Shown in pieces: positions 14,901-22,686 of a DNA stretch of 24,000 nt (positions within the stretch are counted from its first letter, which is position 1; each line of letters starts with the position of its first letter). Position numbers and translations under genes: made by a program. Source of the stretch: Streptomyces sp. 135. Lineage in GTDB: Bacteria > Actinomycetota > Actinomycetes > Streptomycetales > Streptomycetaceae. The DNA is taken from the NCBI RefSeq assembly GCF_020026305.1, contig NZ_CP075691.1, forward strand, positions 7,347,415-7,371,414. Reading direction: 5' to 3'. Under the pieces are notes generated by a model that had not been told where the DNA came from, ran no database searches, and saw only the letters and a list, made by a program, of their open reading frames with translations.

Positions 14901-14935
14901 GGGGGGCACCGGAGCGACGCGACAAGGAGCGATCC

Positions 14936-15172
14936 ATGAGCAACGGAGTCGACCCGGGTCAGCTGGACGACCAGCAGCTCGTCAAGGAGCTGGAGGCGAT
15001 CCACCGGACCCGGCACACCACCTTCCTGCACGGCTCGGACGACGCCCTGCAAACCCATGACGAACGGATGGCCGAGCTGGAGACCGAGTACCTGCGCCGG
15101 CATCCGCGCCGGTCCATCGCCCCGGGGCGGACCCGCTCAGGGGCGAGGGAGAGGGGAGGAACGGACTCATGA
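14936..15172 (+). CDS. Small conserved actinobacterial protein (78 aa), function unknown
   Basis: AAGGAG lies 6 nt upstream of the ATG. The sequence MSNGVDPGQLDDQQLVKELEAIHRTRHTTFLHGSDDALQTHDERMAELETEYLRRHP is helical and charged. Its stop overlaps the next start (ATGA 15169-15172). Confidence 0.7.
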   Translation: MSNGVDPGQLDDQQLVKELEAIHRTRHTTFLHGSDDALQTHDERMAELETEYLRRHPRRSIAPGRTRSGARERGGTDS

Positions 15173-15750
15173 CAGCCGCCCGGCCACCCGTGCTGGTCCG
15201 GCACGGCGAGGCACTCGACCTCTTCACCGAGCGGGTGCGCGCCGTGCGCCCCGACCAGTGGGACGCGCCCACCCCGTGCACCGACTGGACCGTGCGCGAC
15301 CTGGTCAACCACCTCACCGCCGAGCAGCTGTGGGTGCCGCCCTTGCTCCGCGACGGCGCGACCGTCGACTCCGTCGGCGACTCCTTCGACGGTGACATGC
15401 TCGGCCCCGACCCGGTCGCCTCCTGGGACACCGCGGCCGCCGCGTCCCGCGCCGCGTTCCGCGAACCGGGCGCCCTGGACCGCGCCGTCCACCTCTCCTT
15501 CGGCGAGACCCCCGCCACGTTCTACTGCGGTCAGATGACCACGGACCTCGTGGTGCACGCCTGGGACCTGTCCCGGGCGATCGGCGCCGACGAGACGCTG
15601 CCCGATGCCCTGGTCGACTTCTCCTTGGGGGAGATCTCGCCGTACGCGCAGGAACTGGAGAAGAGCGGCCTCTTCGACCCACCGGTGGAACCCCCGCCGG
15701 GCGCCGACGCCCAGACACGACTGCTGAGCATGGTCGGGCGCAGGGTGTGA
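15169..15750 (+). CDS. DinB-like / mycothiol maleylpyruvate isomerase N-terminal domain family protein (TIGR03086-like)
   Basis: Family hallmarks as I recall them: WDAPTPCTDWTVRDLVNHL, then HAWDL, and the C-terminal RLLSMVGR. Confidence 0.85.
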   Translation: MTAARPPVLVRHGEALDLFTERVRAVRPDQWDAPTPCTDWTVRDLVNHLTAEQLWVPPLLRDGATVDSVGDSFDGDMLGPDPVASWDTAAAASRAAFREPGALDRAVHLSFGETPATFYCGQMTTDLVVHAWDLSRAIGADETLPDALVDFSLGEISPYAQELEKSGLFDPPVEPPPGADAQTRLLSMVGRRV

Positions 15751-15891
15751 AGGCCCGTCCGACAGACGTGGCCGCGGTTGTCCGACCAGTCGCCGCCGCC
15801 GGGCAGCACCCGTGGCGCTCGCTCCACGACGGCGTGCCGCTCGGCGCCCAGGACGTGACGCCGGCCCCCGGCGCGGCCGCGGTCGGCGGCT

Positions 15892-15917
15892 GATTCTTTT
15901 CGCGCGTACCCGGGTAC
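15892..15917 (+). promoter_or_regulatory. Candidate SigB-type promoter GATTC-N15-GGGTAC immediately upstream of the Ppx/GppA gene
   Basis: It fits the consensus GNNTN-N14-16-GGGTAC/T reported for S. coelicolor SigB-type promoters (quoted from memory). The -10 hexamer ends 10 nt before ATG 15928 and no Shine-Dalgarno sequence is present, so the transcript would be leaderless or nearly so. The box is part of the GTACCCGGGTACCC run at 15906-15919. Confidence 0.35.
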
Positions 15918-15927
15918 CCCACCCTTC

Positions 15928-16935
15928 ATGAGAGTGGGCGTGGTGGACGTGGGGTCGAACACGGTGCGGCTCGTGGTCGCTGATGCCGACGGGCAGGTGC
16001 CGCTGCCGGTCCACACGGTGAAGCGGCGGCTGCGGCTCGCCCAGGACGTGGACCGGGACGGGCGGCTCGGCGAAGAGCCCGTCCACAGGCTCACGGACGC
16101 GGTGCGCGACGTCCAGGAGGAAGCGCACCGCTGGGGAGTGACGGAGCCGTTCGCCTTCGCCACGTCCATCGTGCGCGACGCGCCGAACCGGGCCGAGGTG
16201 CTCGACGCCGTGGAGGCCGGGACGGGACTGCGGCTGCGTACGCTCTCCGGTGAGGCCGAGGCGGAGCTGACGTTCCTCGCCGCCCGCCGCTGGATGGGGT
16301 GGCGGGCGGGTCCGCTGGTGCTCTTCGACATCGGCGGCGGCACGTTCGAGGTGGCCTTCGGCCGCAGCAGGCTGCCCGACTACGCGGCCTCGCTGCCGCT
16401 GGGCGCCGGTCGGCTCACCCGGGAGTACTTCGACGTCCAGGACCCGCCGCGCCCCCGGGACATCAAGGCCGTACGCCGCCAGGTGCGCCACCAGCTGCGG
16501 GACGTGGCCGCGCGGATCCGCTGGGAGATGCCGCACACGGCGGTCGCCACCTCGCGCACGTTCCAGCAGCTGGCCCGCCTGTGCGGCGCCGCGCCGGGGC
16601 GCTACGGCCCGTTCGTCCAGCGGGAGCTGGGCCGCCGTGAACTGGGCGTCGCGCTCCAGGAACTCGCGCGGCTGCCCGCCGAGCACCGGGCGCAGCTGCC
16701 GGGGATCTCGGCCGCGCGGGCCGGCCAGTGCCTGGCGGGCGCGGTGGTCGCGCACACGGCGATGAAGCTGACCGGCCTCGAAGAGCTGACCGTCTGCCCC
16801 TGGGCCCTGCGCGAGGGAATCCTGCTGCGCTACATCGAGGACGGCGACGCCGCCTGGTGGACCCAGGAGGACCACAGGGCCCCCAAGGGCGCGCGTGGCG
16901 GTGGCGCGCCGCTCCGCCTCGCCGGCTCGACCTGA
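15928..16935 (+). CDS. Ppx/GppA family phosphatase (exopolyphosphatase / pppGpp phosphohydrolase family)
   Basis: MRVGVVDVGSNTVRLVV (phosphate-1 motif) and LFDIGGGTFE (phosphate-2 motif) are present in a 335-aa ORF with good GC3. Confidence 0.9.
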   Translation: MRVGVVDVGSNTVRLVVADADGQVPLPVHTVKRRLRLAQDVDRDGRLGEEPVHRLTDAVRDVQEEAHRWGVTEPFAFATSIVRDAPNRAEVLDAVEAGTGLRLRTLSGEAEAELTFLAARRWMGWRAGPLVLFDIGGGTFEVAFGRSRLPDYAASLPLGAGRLTREYFDVQDPPRPRDIKAVRRQVRHQLRDVAARIRWEMPHTAVATSRTFQQLARLCGAAPGRYGPFVQRELGRRELGVALQELARLPAEHRAQLPGISAARAGQCLAGAVVAHTAMKLTGLEELTVCPWALREGILLRYIEDGDAAWWTQEDHRAPKGARGGGAPLRLAGST

Positions 16936-16936
16936 G

Positions 16937-16951
16937 CCGGGCCGCGCCCGG
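16937..16951. terminator. Short GC hairpin exactly between the convergent Ppx and CBS stop codons
   Basis: CCGGGC (16937-16942) pairs with GCCCGG (16946-16951) across a 3-nt loop. It fills the 16-nt gap between TGA 16933-16935 and the minus-strand stop at 16952-16954. The stem is weak and there is no U tract. Confidence 0.3.
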
Positions 16952-17392
16952 TCAGGCCTGGTGGATCCCCGGCCAGTTGTCCGGGTCGGCGCGGCTGATG
17001 TCCGCCAGCGCGGACGACGGGTCCTGGGAGAGCGCCAGATCGCCGAGGCTGACCATCCCCACCGGGTGCCCGTCCTCGACGACGGGCAGCCTGCGGACCG
17101 CGTGGTCCCGCATCAGCCCCACCGCGTCCGACACCGGGTCGTCAGGGGCCACCACCACGGGGTTGGGCGTGCAGACGGCCTCCGCGCTGACCGTCAGCGG
17201 ATCGGCCCCGTCGGCCACGGCGCGCAACGCGATGTCCCGGTCGGTGAGCACGCCGACCACCTGCCCGTCGGCGGCGACCAGCACGTCCCCGATGTCCTGG
17301 GCGCGCATGAGCTGCGCGGCTTCGACGAGAGAGGCATCGGGGCGCACCGCCACGACCCCCGGGGTCATGACGTCCCTTACGTAATCGGCCAT
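16952..17392 (-). CDS. CBS-pair domain protein
   Basis: The start is taken at ATG 17392 (MADYVRDVMTPGVVAVRPDASLVEAAQLM). There are two CBS motifs (...IGDVLVAADGQVVGVLTDRDI... and ...VRRLPVVEDGHPVGMVSLGDL...). The track ORF extends 45 codons upstream without support. Confidence 0.9.
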   Translation of the reverse strand: MADYVRDVMTPGVVAVRPDASLVEAAQLMRAQDIGDVLVAADGQVVGVLTDRDIALRAVADGADPLTVSAEAVCTPNPVVVAPDDPVSDAVGLMRDHAVRRLPVVEDGHPVGMVSLGDLALSQDPSSALADISRADPDNWPGIHQA

Positions 17393-17484
17393 GGCAGAGC
17401 CTTTCCTGGATGCGTGCTGCGTGCGTTCACCTGAGGTTCGTTCGTCGGCGGAGGTCCGTCTTCCGTCGGGGGACCCCACCCGCA

Positions 17485-17509
17485 GTACCCCTGTCGGGCG
17501 GGGCCATAC
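17485..17509 (-). promoter_or_regulatory. Candidate SigB-type promoter GTATG-N14-GGGTAC upstream of the CBS gene
   Basis: On the minus strand, GTATG is the complement of 17505-17509, followed by a 14-nt spacer and then GGGTAC (complement of 17485-17490). It lies about 90 nt upstream of ATG 17392, in the gap after poxB. Confidence 0.3.
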
Positions 17510-17534
17510 CTCGCTGCCGGTCGTCACCTCGGTG

Positions 17535-19355
17535 CTAGTCGTCTTCGCGCCCGCGCCGCTCGCCCACCCCCGGCAGGAACTCCTGCATCTTCGTCTTCAG
17601 GCCCTGCTTCAGCACCGAGGCCCGGTCCGCGTCGCCCTTGACGAGCGACTCCGCCGTCGCCTCCATCTGCTCCCACGTCGCGTGCGGCGGGATGGGCGGC
17701 ACCGCCGGGTCGGTGCGGAAGTCCAGGACCGCGGGGCCCTCCGCGGCCAGGGCGGCCCGCCACGCGCCCTCCACGTCCTCGGGCCGCTCCACCCGGATGC
17801 CCGTGAGGCCGATGGAGCGGGCGAAGTCGGCGTACGGCACATCGGGCAGCGACTGCGACGGCAGGAAGGACGGGGCGCCGCCCATGGCCCGCAGCTCCCA
17901 CGTGACCTGGTTCAGGTCCTGGTTGTTCCAGACGGCGACGACCAGCCGCGGATCATCCCAGCGGTGCCGGTACTTGGCGGCCGTGATCAGCTCCGCCATG
18001 CCGTTCATCTGCATCGCGCCGTCCCCGACCAGGGCGATGACGGGACGGTTGGGGTGCGCGAACTTCGCCCCGATGGCGTACGGCACACCGCACCCCATCG
18101 TGGCCAGCGTCCCGGAGAGCGAGGCGCGCATGTCACCGCGCATCGTCAGATGGCGCGCGTACCAGTTCGCCACCGAGCCGGAGTCGGACGTGATGAGCGC
18201 GTTGTCGGGCAGCAGCGGATCCAGGGCGTGCGCCACGTACTCCGGGTTGACCGGGTCAGCGGACTGCTCGGCCCTGCGCCGCATCACCTCGTGCCAGCGC
18301 CTGACGTTCGCGCAGATCTCCGCCTGCCACTCACGGCTGACCGACCGGCGGTCCTTGTCGATCAGCGGGATCAGCTCGCGCAGCGTCGCCCGCGCGTCAC
18401 CCACGAGATTCACCTCGTAGGGATAACGCATGCCGACCATGTGCGGGTCGATGTCGATCTGCACGCCCCGCGCCGAGCCGAACTCCGGCAGGAACTGCGC
18501 GTAGGGGAAGCTCGACCCGATCGTCAGGAGCGTGTCGCAGTCGCGCATCATCTCGTACGAGGGCCGGGTGCCAAGGAGGCCGATCGAACCGGTGACATAG
18601 GGGAGTTCATCGCTCAGCGCGTCCTTGCCGAGCAGCGCCTTCGCGACGCCCGCGCCGAGCAGCTCCGCGATTTCCTCGACCTCGGCGCGCGCGCCCGCGG
18701 CGCCCTGGCCGATCAGGATCGCCGCCTTGTCGCCGGCGTTGAGAACCTCCGCCGCCCGCTCCAGGGCCGTCGGCGAGGGCAGCGCCGTCCAGCCGCTGCG
18801 GTCCAGGCTGGAGGGGACCATCTTGAACTCGTGGGAGGGCGGGGAGTAGTCCAGCTCCTGCACGTCACCGGGGATGATCACCGCGGTCGGGCAGCGGCGT
18901 GCGTACGCGGTACGGATCGCCCGGTCGATGACGTTCGGCAGCTGCTCGGGCACCGTCACCGTCTCCACGAAGTCGGACGCCACATCCTTGAACAGGGTGT
19001 GCAGATCGACCTCCTGCTGGTACGAGCCGCCCATCGCGCTGCGGTGCGTCTGCCCGACGATGGCGAGCACCGGCACATGGTCGAGCTTCGCGTCGTACAG
19101 GCCGTTGAGCAGATGAACGGCGCCCGGCCCCGACGTCGCCACGCACACGCCGAGGCGCTTGCCGAACTTGGCGTACCCCACCGCTTCGAACGCCGCCATC
19201 TCCTCGTGCCGCGCCTGCACGAACCGCGGCTGGTCCTGCGCCCTGCCCCACGCGGCGAGGAGGCCGTTGATGCCGTCGCCCGGATAGCCGAAGACCTGCT
19301 CGACGCCCCAGGCACGCAGCCTCTCCAGAATGTGGTCGGCGACCTTGACGCTCAT
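17535..19355 (-). CDS. poxB: Thiamine-diphosphate-dependent pyruvate dehydrogenase (quinone) / pyruvate oxidase, PoxB-like
   Basis: 606 aa. The N-terminus aligns by eye with E. coli PoxB (GYPGDGINGL, RHEEMAAFEA, ATSGPGAVHLLNGLYDA, HVPVLAIVGQ, SYQQEVD). The TPP-binding motif LVGDGAMQMNG...NN is present. The symbol is given on family resemblance only. Confidence 0.85.
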   Translation of the reverse strand: MSVKVADHILERLRAWGVEQVFGYPGDGINGLLAAWGRAQDQPRFVQARHEEMAAFEAVGYAKFGKRLGVCVATSGPGAVHLLNGLYDAKLDHVPVLAIVGQTHRSAMGGSYQQEVDLHTLFKDVASDFVETVTVPEQLPNVIDRAIRTAYARRCPTAVIIPGDVQELDYSPPSHEFKMVPSSLDRSGWTALPSPTALERAAEVLNAGDKAAILIGQGAAGARAEVEEIAELLGAGVAKALLGKDALSDELPYVTGSIGLLGTRPSYEMMRDCDTLLTIGSSFPYAQFLPEFGSARGVQIDIDPHMVGMRYPYEVNLVGDARATLRELIPLIDKDRRSVSREWQAEICANVRRWHEVMRRRAEQSADPVNPEYVAHALDPLLPDNALITSDSGSVANWYARHLTMRGDMRASLSGTLATMGCGVPYAIGAKFAHPNRPVIALVGDGAMQMNGMAELITAAKYRHRWDDPRLVVAVWNNQDLNQVTWELRAMGGAPSFLPSQSLPDVPYADFARSIGLTGIRVERPEDVEGAWRAALAAEGPAVLDFRTDPAVPPIPPHATWEQMEATAESLVKGDADRASVLKQGLKTKMQEFLPGVGERRGREDD

Positions 19356-19621
19356 GACGTGGCCTTCCGCGGTGATCGGGATCGAGGGTCACCCCTCCGG
19401 GTGTCCGGCGGGGCCCGGAGGGAAACCTACGGCGGAGAAGGGGGCGTTTGGCCCAGCACACGCGGGGCAGGCGAAGGAACAGTGCTTCGGACCGGAGGCA
19501 CGTCCGTGGGAGCGGTCGCATCGCGCCCCGGGTGTGCCCCGTTCTGGTTCGAACGTCCGCGCGCACTCCCACGGTGACTGTCCATCCCCAGGCACCCCCC
19601 CATAGGGAGTTGCGACGCACC

Positions 19622-20431
19622 ATGCGATCCCACCCGAGCACCCCGGTACCCGCCAAGAGCAAGCGTCACACGCACGATGACGCACCGGACACCACCGCCG
19701 CCTTCGAGCGCCTGGTCGAGCTGGAGGAGGGACCCGAACGGGACGCCCTGCGCCAGGAGATCGTCGAGGCCTGGCTGCCCATGGCACAGCGCCTCGCGGG
19801 CCGCTTCCGCAACCGCGGCGAGTCCCTGGACGACCTGCGCCAGGTCGCGGCCCTCGGCCTGGTCAAGGCCGTCGACCGCTACGACCCGCGGCGCGGCACG
19901 GCCTTCGAGAGCTACGCCGTACCGACCGTCACCGGTGAGATCAAGCGGCACTTCCGCGACCACATGTGGACCCTGCACGTGCCGCGCCGCGTCCAGGACC
20001 TGCGCAACCGGGTGCGCTTCGCCCGCCAGGACCTCTCCCAGGTCTCCGGGCGCGTCCCCACCACCGCCGAGATCGCCGAGCACGCGCAGATGAGCGAGGA
20101 GGAGGCCAAGGCGGGCCTCGAAGCGCTCGACAGCTTCACCGCGCTCTCCCTGGACGCCGAACTCCCCGGCAGCGAGGACGGCTACTCGCTCAGCGACGCC
20201 CTCGGCGGCCCCGACCCGGCGCTCGACATCATCGTCGACCGCGAGGCCGTCAAGCCGCGCCTCGCGCAACTGCCCGAGCGTGAACGGACCATCCTCTACA
20301 TGCGCTTCTTCGGCGACATGACGCAGAGCCGCATCGCCGACGAGATGGGCATCTCCCAGATGCACGTCTCACGGCTCATCAGCCGCTGCTGCGACCGCCT
20401 GCGCGACCAGGTGATGCGTGACGCCGCCTAA
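19622..20431 (+). CDS. Group 3 RNA polymerase sigma factor of the SigB/SigF/SigG family
   Basis: The start is taken at ATG 19622 (MRSHPSTP...). Region 2 is DLRQVAALGLVKAVDRYDPRRGTAFESYAVPTVTGEIKRHFRDHMWTLHVPRR. Region 3 and the region 4 helix-turn-helix (RTILYMRFFGDMTQSRIADEMGISQMHVSRL) are also present. Confidence 0.92.
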   Translation: MRSHPSTPVPAKSKRHTHDDAPDTTAAFERLVELEEGPERDALRQEIVEAWLPMAQRLAGRFRNRGESLDDLRQVAALGLVKAVDRYDPRRGTAFESYAVPTVTGEIKRHFRDHMWTLHVPRRVQDLRNRVRFARQDLSQVSGRVPTTAEIAEHAQMSEEEAKAGLEALDSFTALSLDAELPGSEDGYSLSDALGGPDPALDIIVDREAVKPRLAQLPERERTILYMRFFGDMTQSRIADEMGISQMHVSRLISRCCDRLRDQVMRDAA

Positions 20432-21570
20432 CGCCCGGCCCGCCCGGTGCCGCCCTCGCGCCGCAGGGCCAGGGCCAGGTGCCGGGACAGCACGTCGACC
20501 GCGCGCGCCTCGGCCATCGAGAAGGCGAGCCGCGCACCGCACCGGAACAGCGTGAGGACCCCCTCCACGGGCCCGTCGGCGCGGGCGGCGAGCGGCACGC
20601 ACAACAGGGACGTGACCTCGGCGCGGACCAGGACGTGCGCGCCACTCGCGTCCCGGCCGAAGGCGTCCGGGTCCGCCGGGCGCACCTGGAGCGACGCGGC
20701 CCCGCCGCGTGCCGCCTCGACGACGAGGGGGCACGCGGCGGGGTCCTGCGCGTGGACGTCGGCGACCGGCGCGTCCGGCGGCCCGAGCACAATTCTTCGC
20801 CGCGGCCGCGCCGCGCCGTCGTCCGCTATCACCCAGTCGGCGAACCGCTCGTGCAGCACCGCCGCCGCCCGCTCGAATATCGCCGCACGGTCCCCGGCGG
20901 GCGCCGTGAGCAGCGCCGTCGTCATCGCGTCCGCCAGGTCGAGCTGGGCCGCGTGCCGGGTCGCCTCGCCGAGGTCGGGGACGGGCCGTGGCGCGCTCGG
21001 CTGCTGTTGGGCGCGGGTCACCGAGGGCTGGAGCACGACGAGGACCGCCGTGCGCGGCTCGGTGCCGGGCCGCAGCGCCGTGAGCGTCGCGCGGACCGGT
21101 GTGCCCGGGCTCCGCTGGAGGTGGACGACGAGGCTGCGGTCGCCCTCGCCGCGGGCGACGGCGGCGGTCTGCGAGCGGAACGCCACCCGGTCCGCGTGCA
21201 CCAGGAGCCCGGTCAGCGGCCGGCCCGCGGCGAAGCCCGCGCGGACACCGGTCAGCGCCGTCCCCGCGCCGTTCATGCGCCGCACCACGGTCTCGCGGTC
21301 GATCAGCGCCACCGGCAGCGGCATCCGCTGGAAGATGGTCCGCAGCAGCCGCTGCTCGTCCCGGTCCGGCGCGCCGGCGCCCGGCAGCCCGTCGGCGCTC
21401 AGACGCTCGTACGTGGGCCACAAGTGCTCGGCCACATGGTCCAGTTCGAAGATCGCCGCGTCGAGCACCGTGCCGAGGTCGTCCGGCGGAAGGGACCGCG
21501 CCGACTTCAACTCCGCGACGCGGCGCACGAAATCCGCGAGGTCTTCACCGAACTCCTCCGTCTGCGACAT
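20428..21570 (-). CDS. PAS-GAF sensor protein without a recognisable output domain
   Basis: 380 aa. It has an N-terminal helical region, a PAS-like segment (LLRTIFQRMPLPVALIDRETVVRRMNGAGTALTGV...GRPLTGLL) and a GAF-like C-terminal half (...SLLCVPLAARADGPVEGVLTLFR...MAEARAVDVLSRHLALAL). Its stop overlaps the sigma-factor stop (CTAA, 20428-20431). Confidence 0.85.
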   Translation of the reverse strand: MSQTEEFGEDLADFVRRVAELKSARSLPPDDLGTVLDAAIFELDHVAEHLWPTYERLSADGLPGAGAPDRDEQRLLRTIFQRMPLPVALIDRETVVRRMNGAGTALTGVRAGFAAGRPLTGLLVHADRVAFRSQTAAVARGEGDRSLVVHLQRSPGTPVRATLTALRPGTEPRTAVLVVLQPSVTRAQQQPSAPRPVPDLGEATRHAAQLDLADAMTTALLTAPAGDRAAIFERAAAVLHERFADWVIADDGAARPRRRIVLGPPDAPVADVHAQDPAACPLVVEAARGGAASLQVRPADPDAFGRDASGAHVLVRAEVTSLLCVPLAARADGPVEGVLTLFRCGARLAFSMAEARAVDVLSRHLALALRREGGTGRAGR

Positions 21571-21643
21571 GCGTCGAACCTAGCCGGTGCGGCTGTTTTC
21601 CGGAGGACCGTGAGGGAAGCCGGAAAGAGAGGAGGAACTCCCC

Positions 21644-22351
21644 ATGGCGCCATTGCCGGACCCGGACCTGCTCCGACCGGAGACCGCACTGCCCGGACGC
21701 AGGCTCTCCGAACTCTCCGAACAAGCCGTGCGCTGCACCCACGGGTGCTGCGGCGCGAGCACCACCGTCACCGACGGCGGCGACGAATACCCCGTCGCCG
21801 TCACCCACCCCGACCTGGCCGGGCTCGTCTCGGTGCAGCTGCGCACGGGCGAGGGCCCCATCCCCGCCGCCGAGCAGGGGGGTGCGCCGGTCGACTCCGA
21901 GGACCTGCTGCGGGACGAGCGCTGGCCCGCGTACCGCGCGCTGGCCCTCGACTCGGGCGTACGTTCCAGCGTCACGCTGCCCTTCCAGCGCGCGGGGCTC
22001 ACGGTCACCCTGACCCTGTTCAGCTTCCGCCCCGGCGCGCTCGACGACGCGCGGCACGGCCCCGCCCAGGCCCTCGGCGACCTCGCCACGGCGAGCTTCG
22101 TGCGCGACCGGCACTACCGCGCCGCCCTGACCGAGCTCGACCAGATGGGCACGGCCCTGCGCACACGACCCGTCGTGGACCAGGCGTGCGGGATCGTCAT
22201 GCACGTCCTTGGCTGCGAGGCGGACGCCGCGTTCTCGGTGCTGCGGCGGGTCTCCCAGACGACGAACCGGAAACTGGCCGACGTCGCGGCGGCGCTGGTC
22301 GAGACGAAGGGACGCGGCCTGGAACGCGAACTGGTCTCCTTGGCTCGCTGA
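21644..22351 (+). CDS. GAF-ANTAR RNA-binding (antitermination-type) regulator
   Basis: GAGAGGAGG lies upstream of the ATG. The N-terminal half is GAF-like. The C-terminal ANTAR signature is VVDQACGIVMHVLGCEADAAFSVLRRVSQTTNRKLADVAAALV. Confidence 0.88.
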   Translation: MAPLPDPDLLRPETALPGRRLSELSEQAVRCTHGCCGASTTVTDGGDEYPVAVTHPDLAGLVSVQLRTGEGPIPAAEQGGAPVDSEDLLRDERWPAYRALALDSGVRSSVTLPFQRAGLTVTLTLFSFRPGALDDARHGPAQALGDLATASFVRDRHYRAALTELDQMGTALRTRPVVDQACGIVMHVLGCEADAAFSVLRRVSQTTNRKLADVAAALVETKGRGLERELVSLAR

Positions 22352-22363
22352 GCCCACCGTCCA

Positions 22364-22403
22364 GGGGCCCGGCCCCGGTCGCCACCGACCGGGGCCGGGC
22401 CCC
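22364..22403 (+). terminator. Perfect 18-bp GC-rich hairpin 13 nt after the ANTAR gene stop
   Basis: GGGGCCCGGCCCCGGTCG (22364-22381) pairs with its exact reverse complement CGACCGGGGCCGGGCCCC (22386-22403) across the 4-nt loop CCAC, and is followed by TTCC. This is a Streptomyces-style intrinsic terminator without a long U tract. Confidence 0.6.
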
Positions 22404-22686
22404 TTCCGCGAGCCCGGCCCTCGTCCCCGGCCGGACGGAGGCAGGGGCTGGAATGAGCGCCGCCCGTGGGTCCGCGCCGCCCCTGTCCGCGTGTACGGCG
22501 TGTACGGGCCGGATCGCGTCCGGTCGTTCGCACCGCACCGCACCGCGCCGGGGACGCTCACCCGGCCGGGGCCCAGCGCGGGCGCCGGGTGAGGGAGCGC
22601 GCTGTGATGGGCGGGTACGGCCATGCCCCGGGTACACACCCGTTCGACGGGGCAGGAGACACTCACGCGAGTGCACGGAGGTACGC

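Noticed and set aside
14894-14904. GGTACCCGGGG, identical to the KpnI-SmaI part of the pUC-type polylinker, as possible vector contamination
   Set aside because: Only 11 nt match and the flanks are native GC-rich sequence without the neighbouring polylinker sites. The same core recurs at 13119 and 15912 in different contexts.
19393-19422. 9-bp inverted repeat CCCTCCGGG...CCCGGAGGG with a 12-nt loop in the poxB-sigma intergenic region
   Set aside because: It is a real inverted repeat, but GC-rich inverted repeats of this size are common here. Its position, about 40 nt upstream of the poxB start, gives no specific functional reading without expression data.
22489-22547. Short tandem duplications GCGTGTACG x2 (22489-22506) and CACCG x3 (about 22530-22547) upstream of the aminotransferase-like gene
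   Set aside because: They are too short and too few to call a repeat element and are probably slippage noise. They are noted only because they lie in a promoter region.
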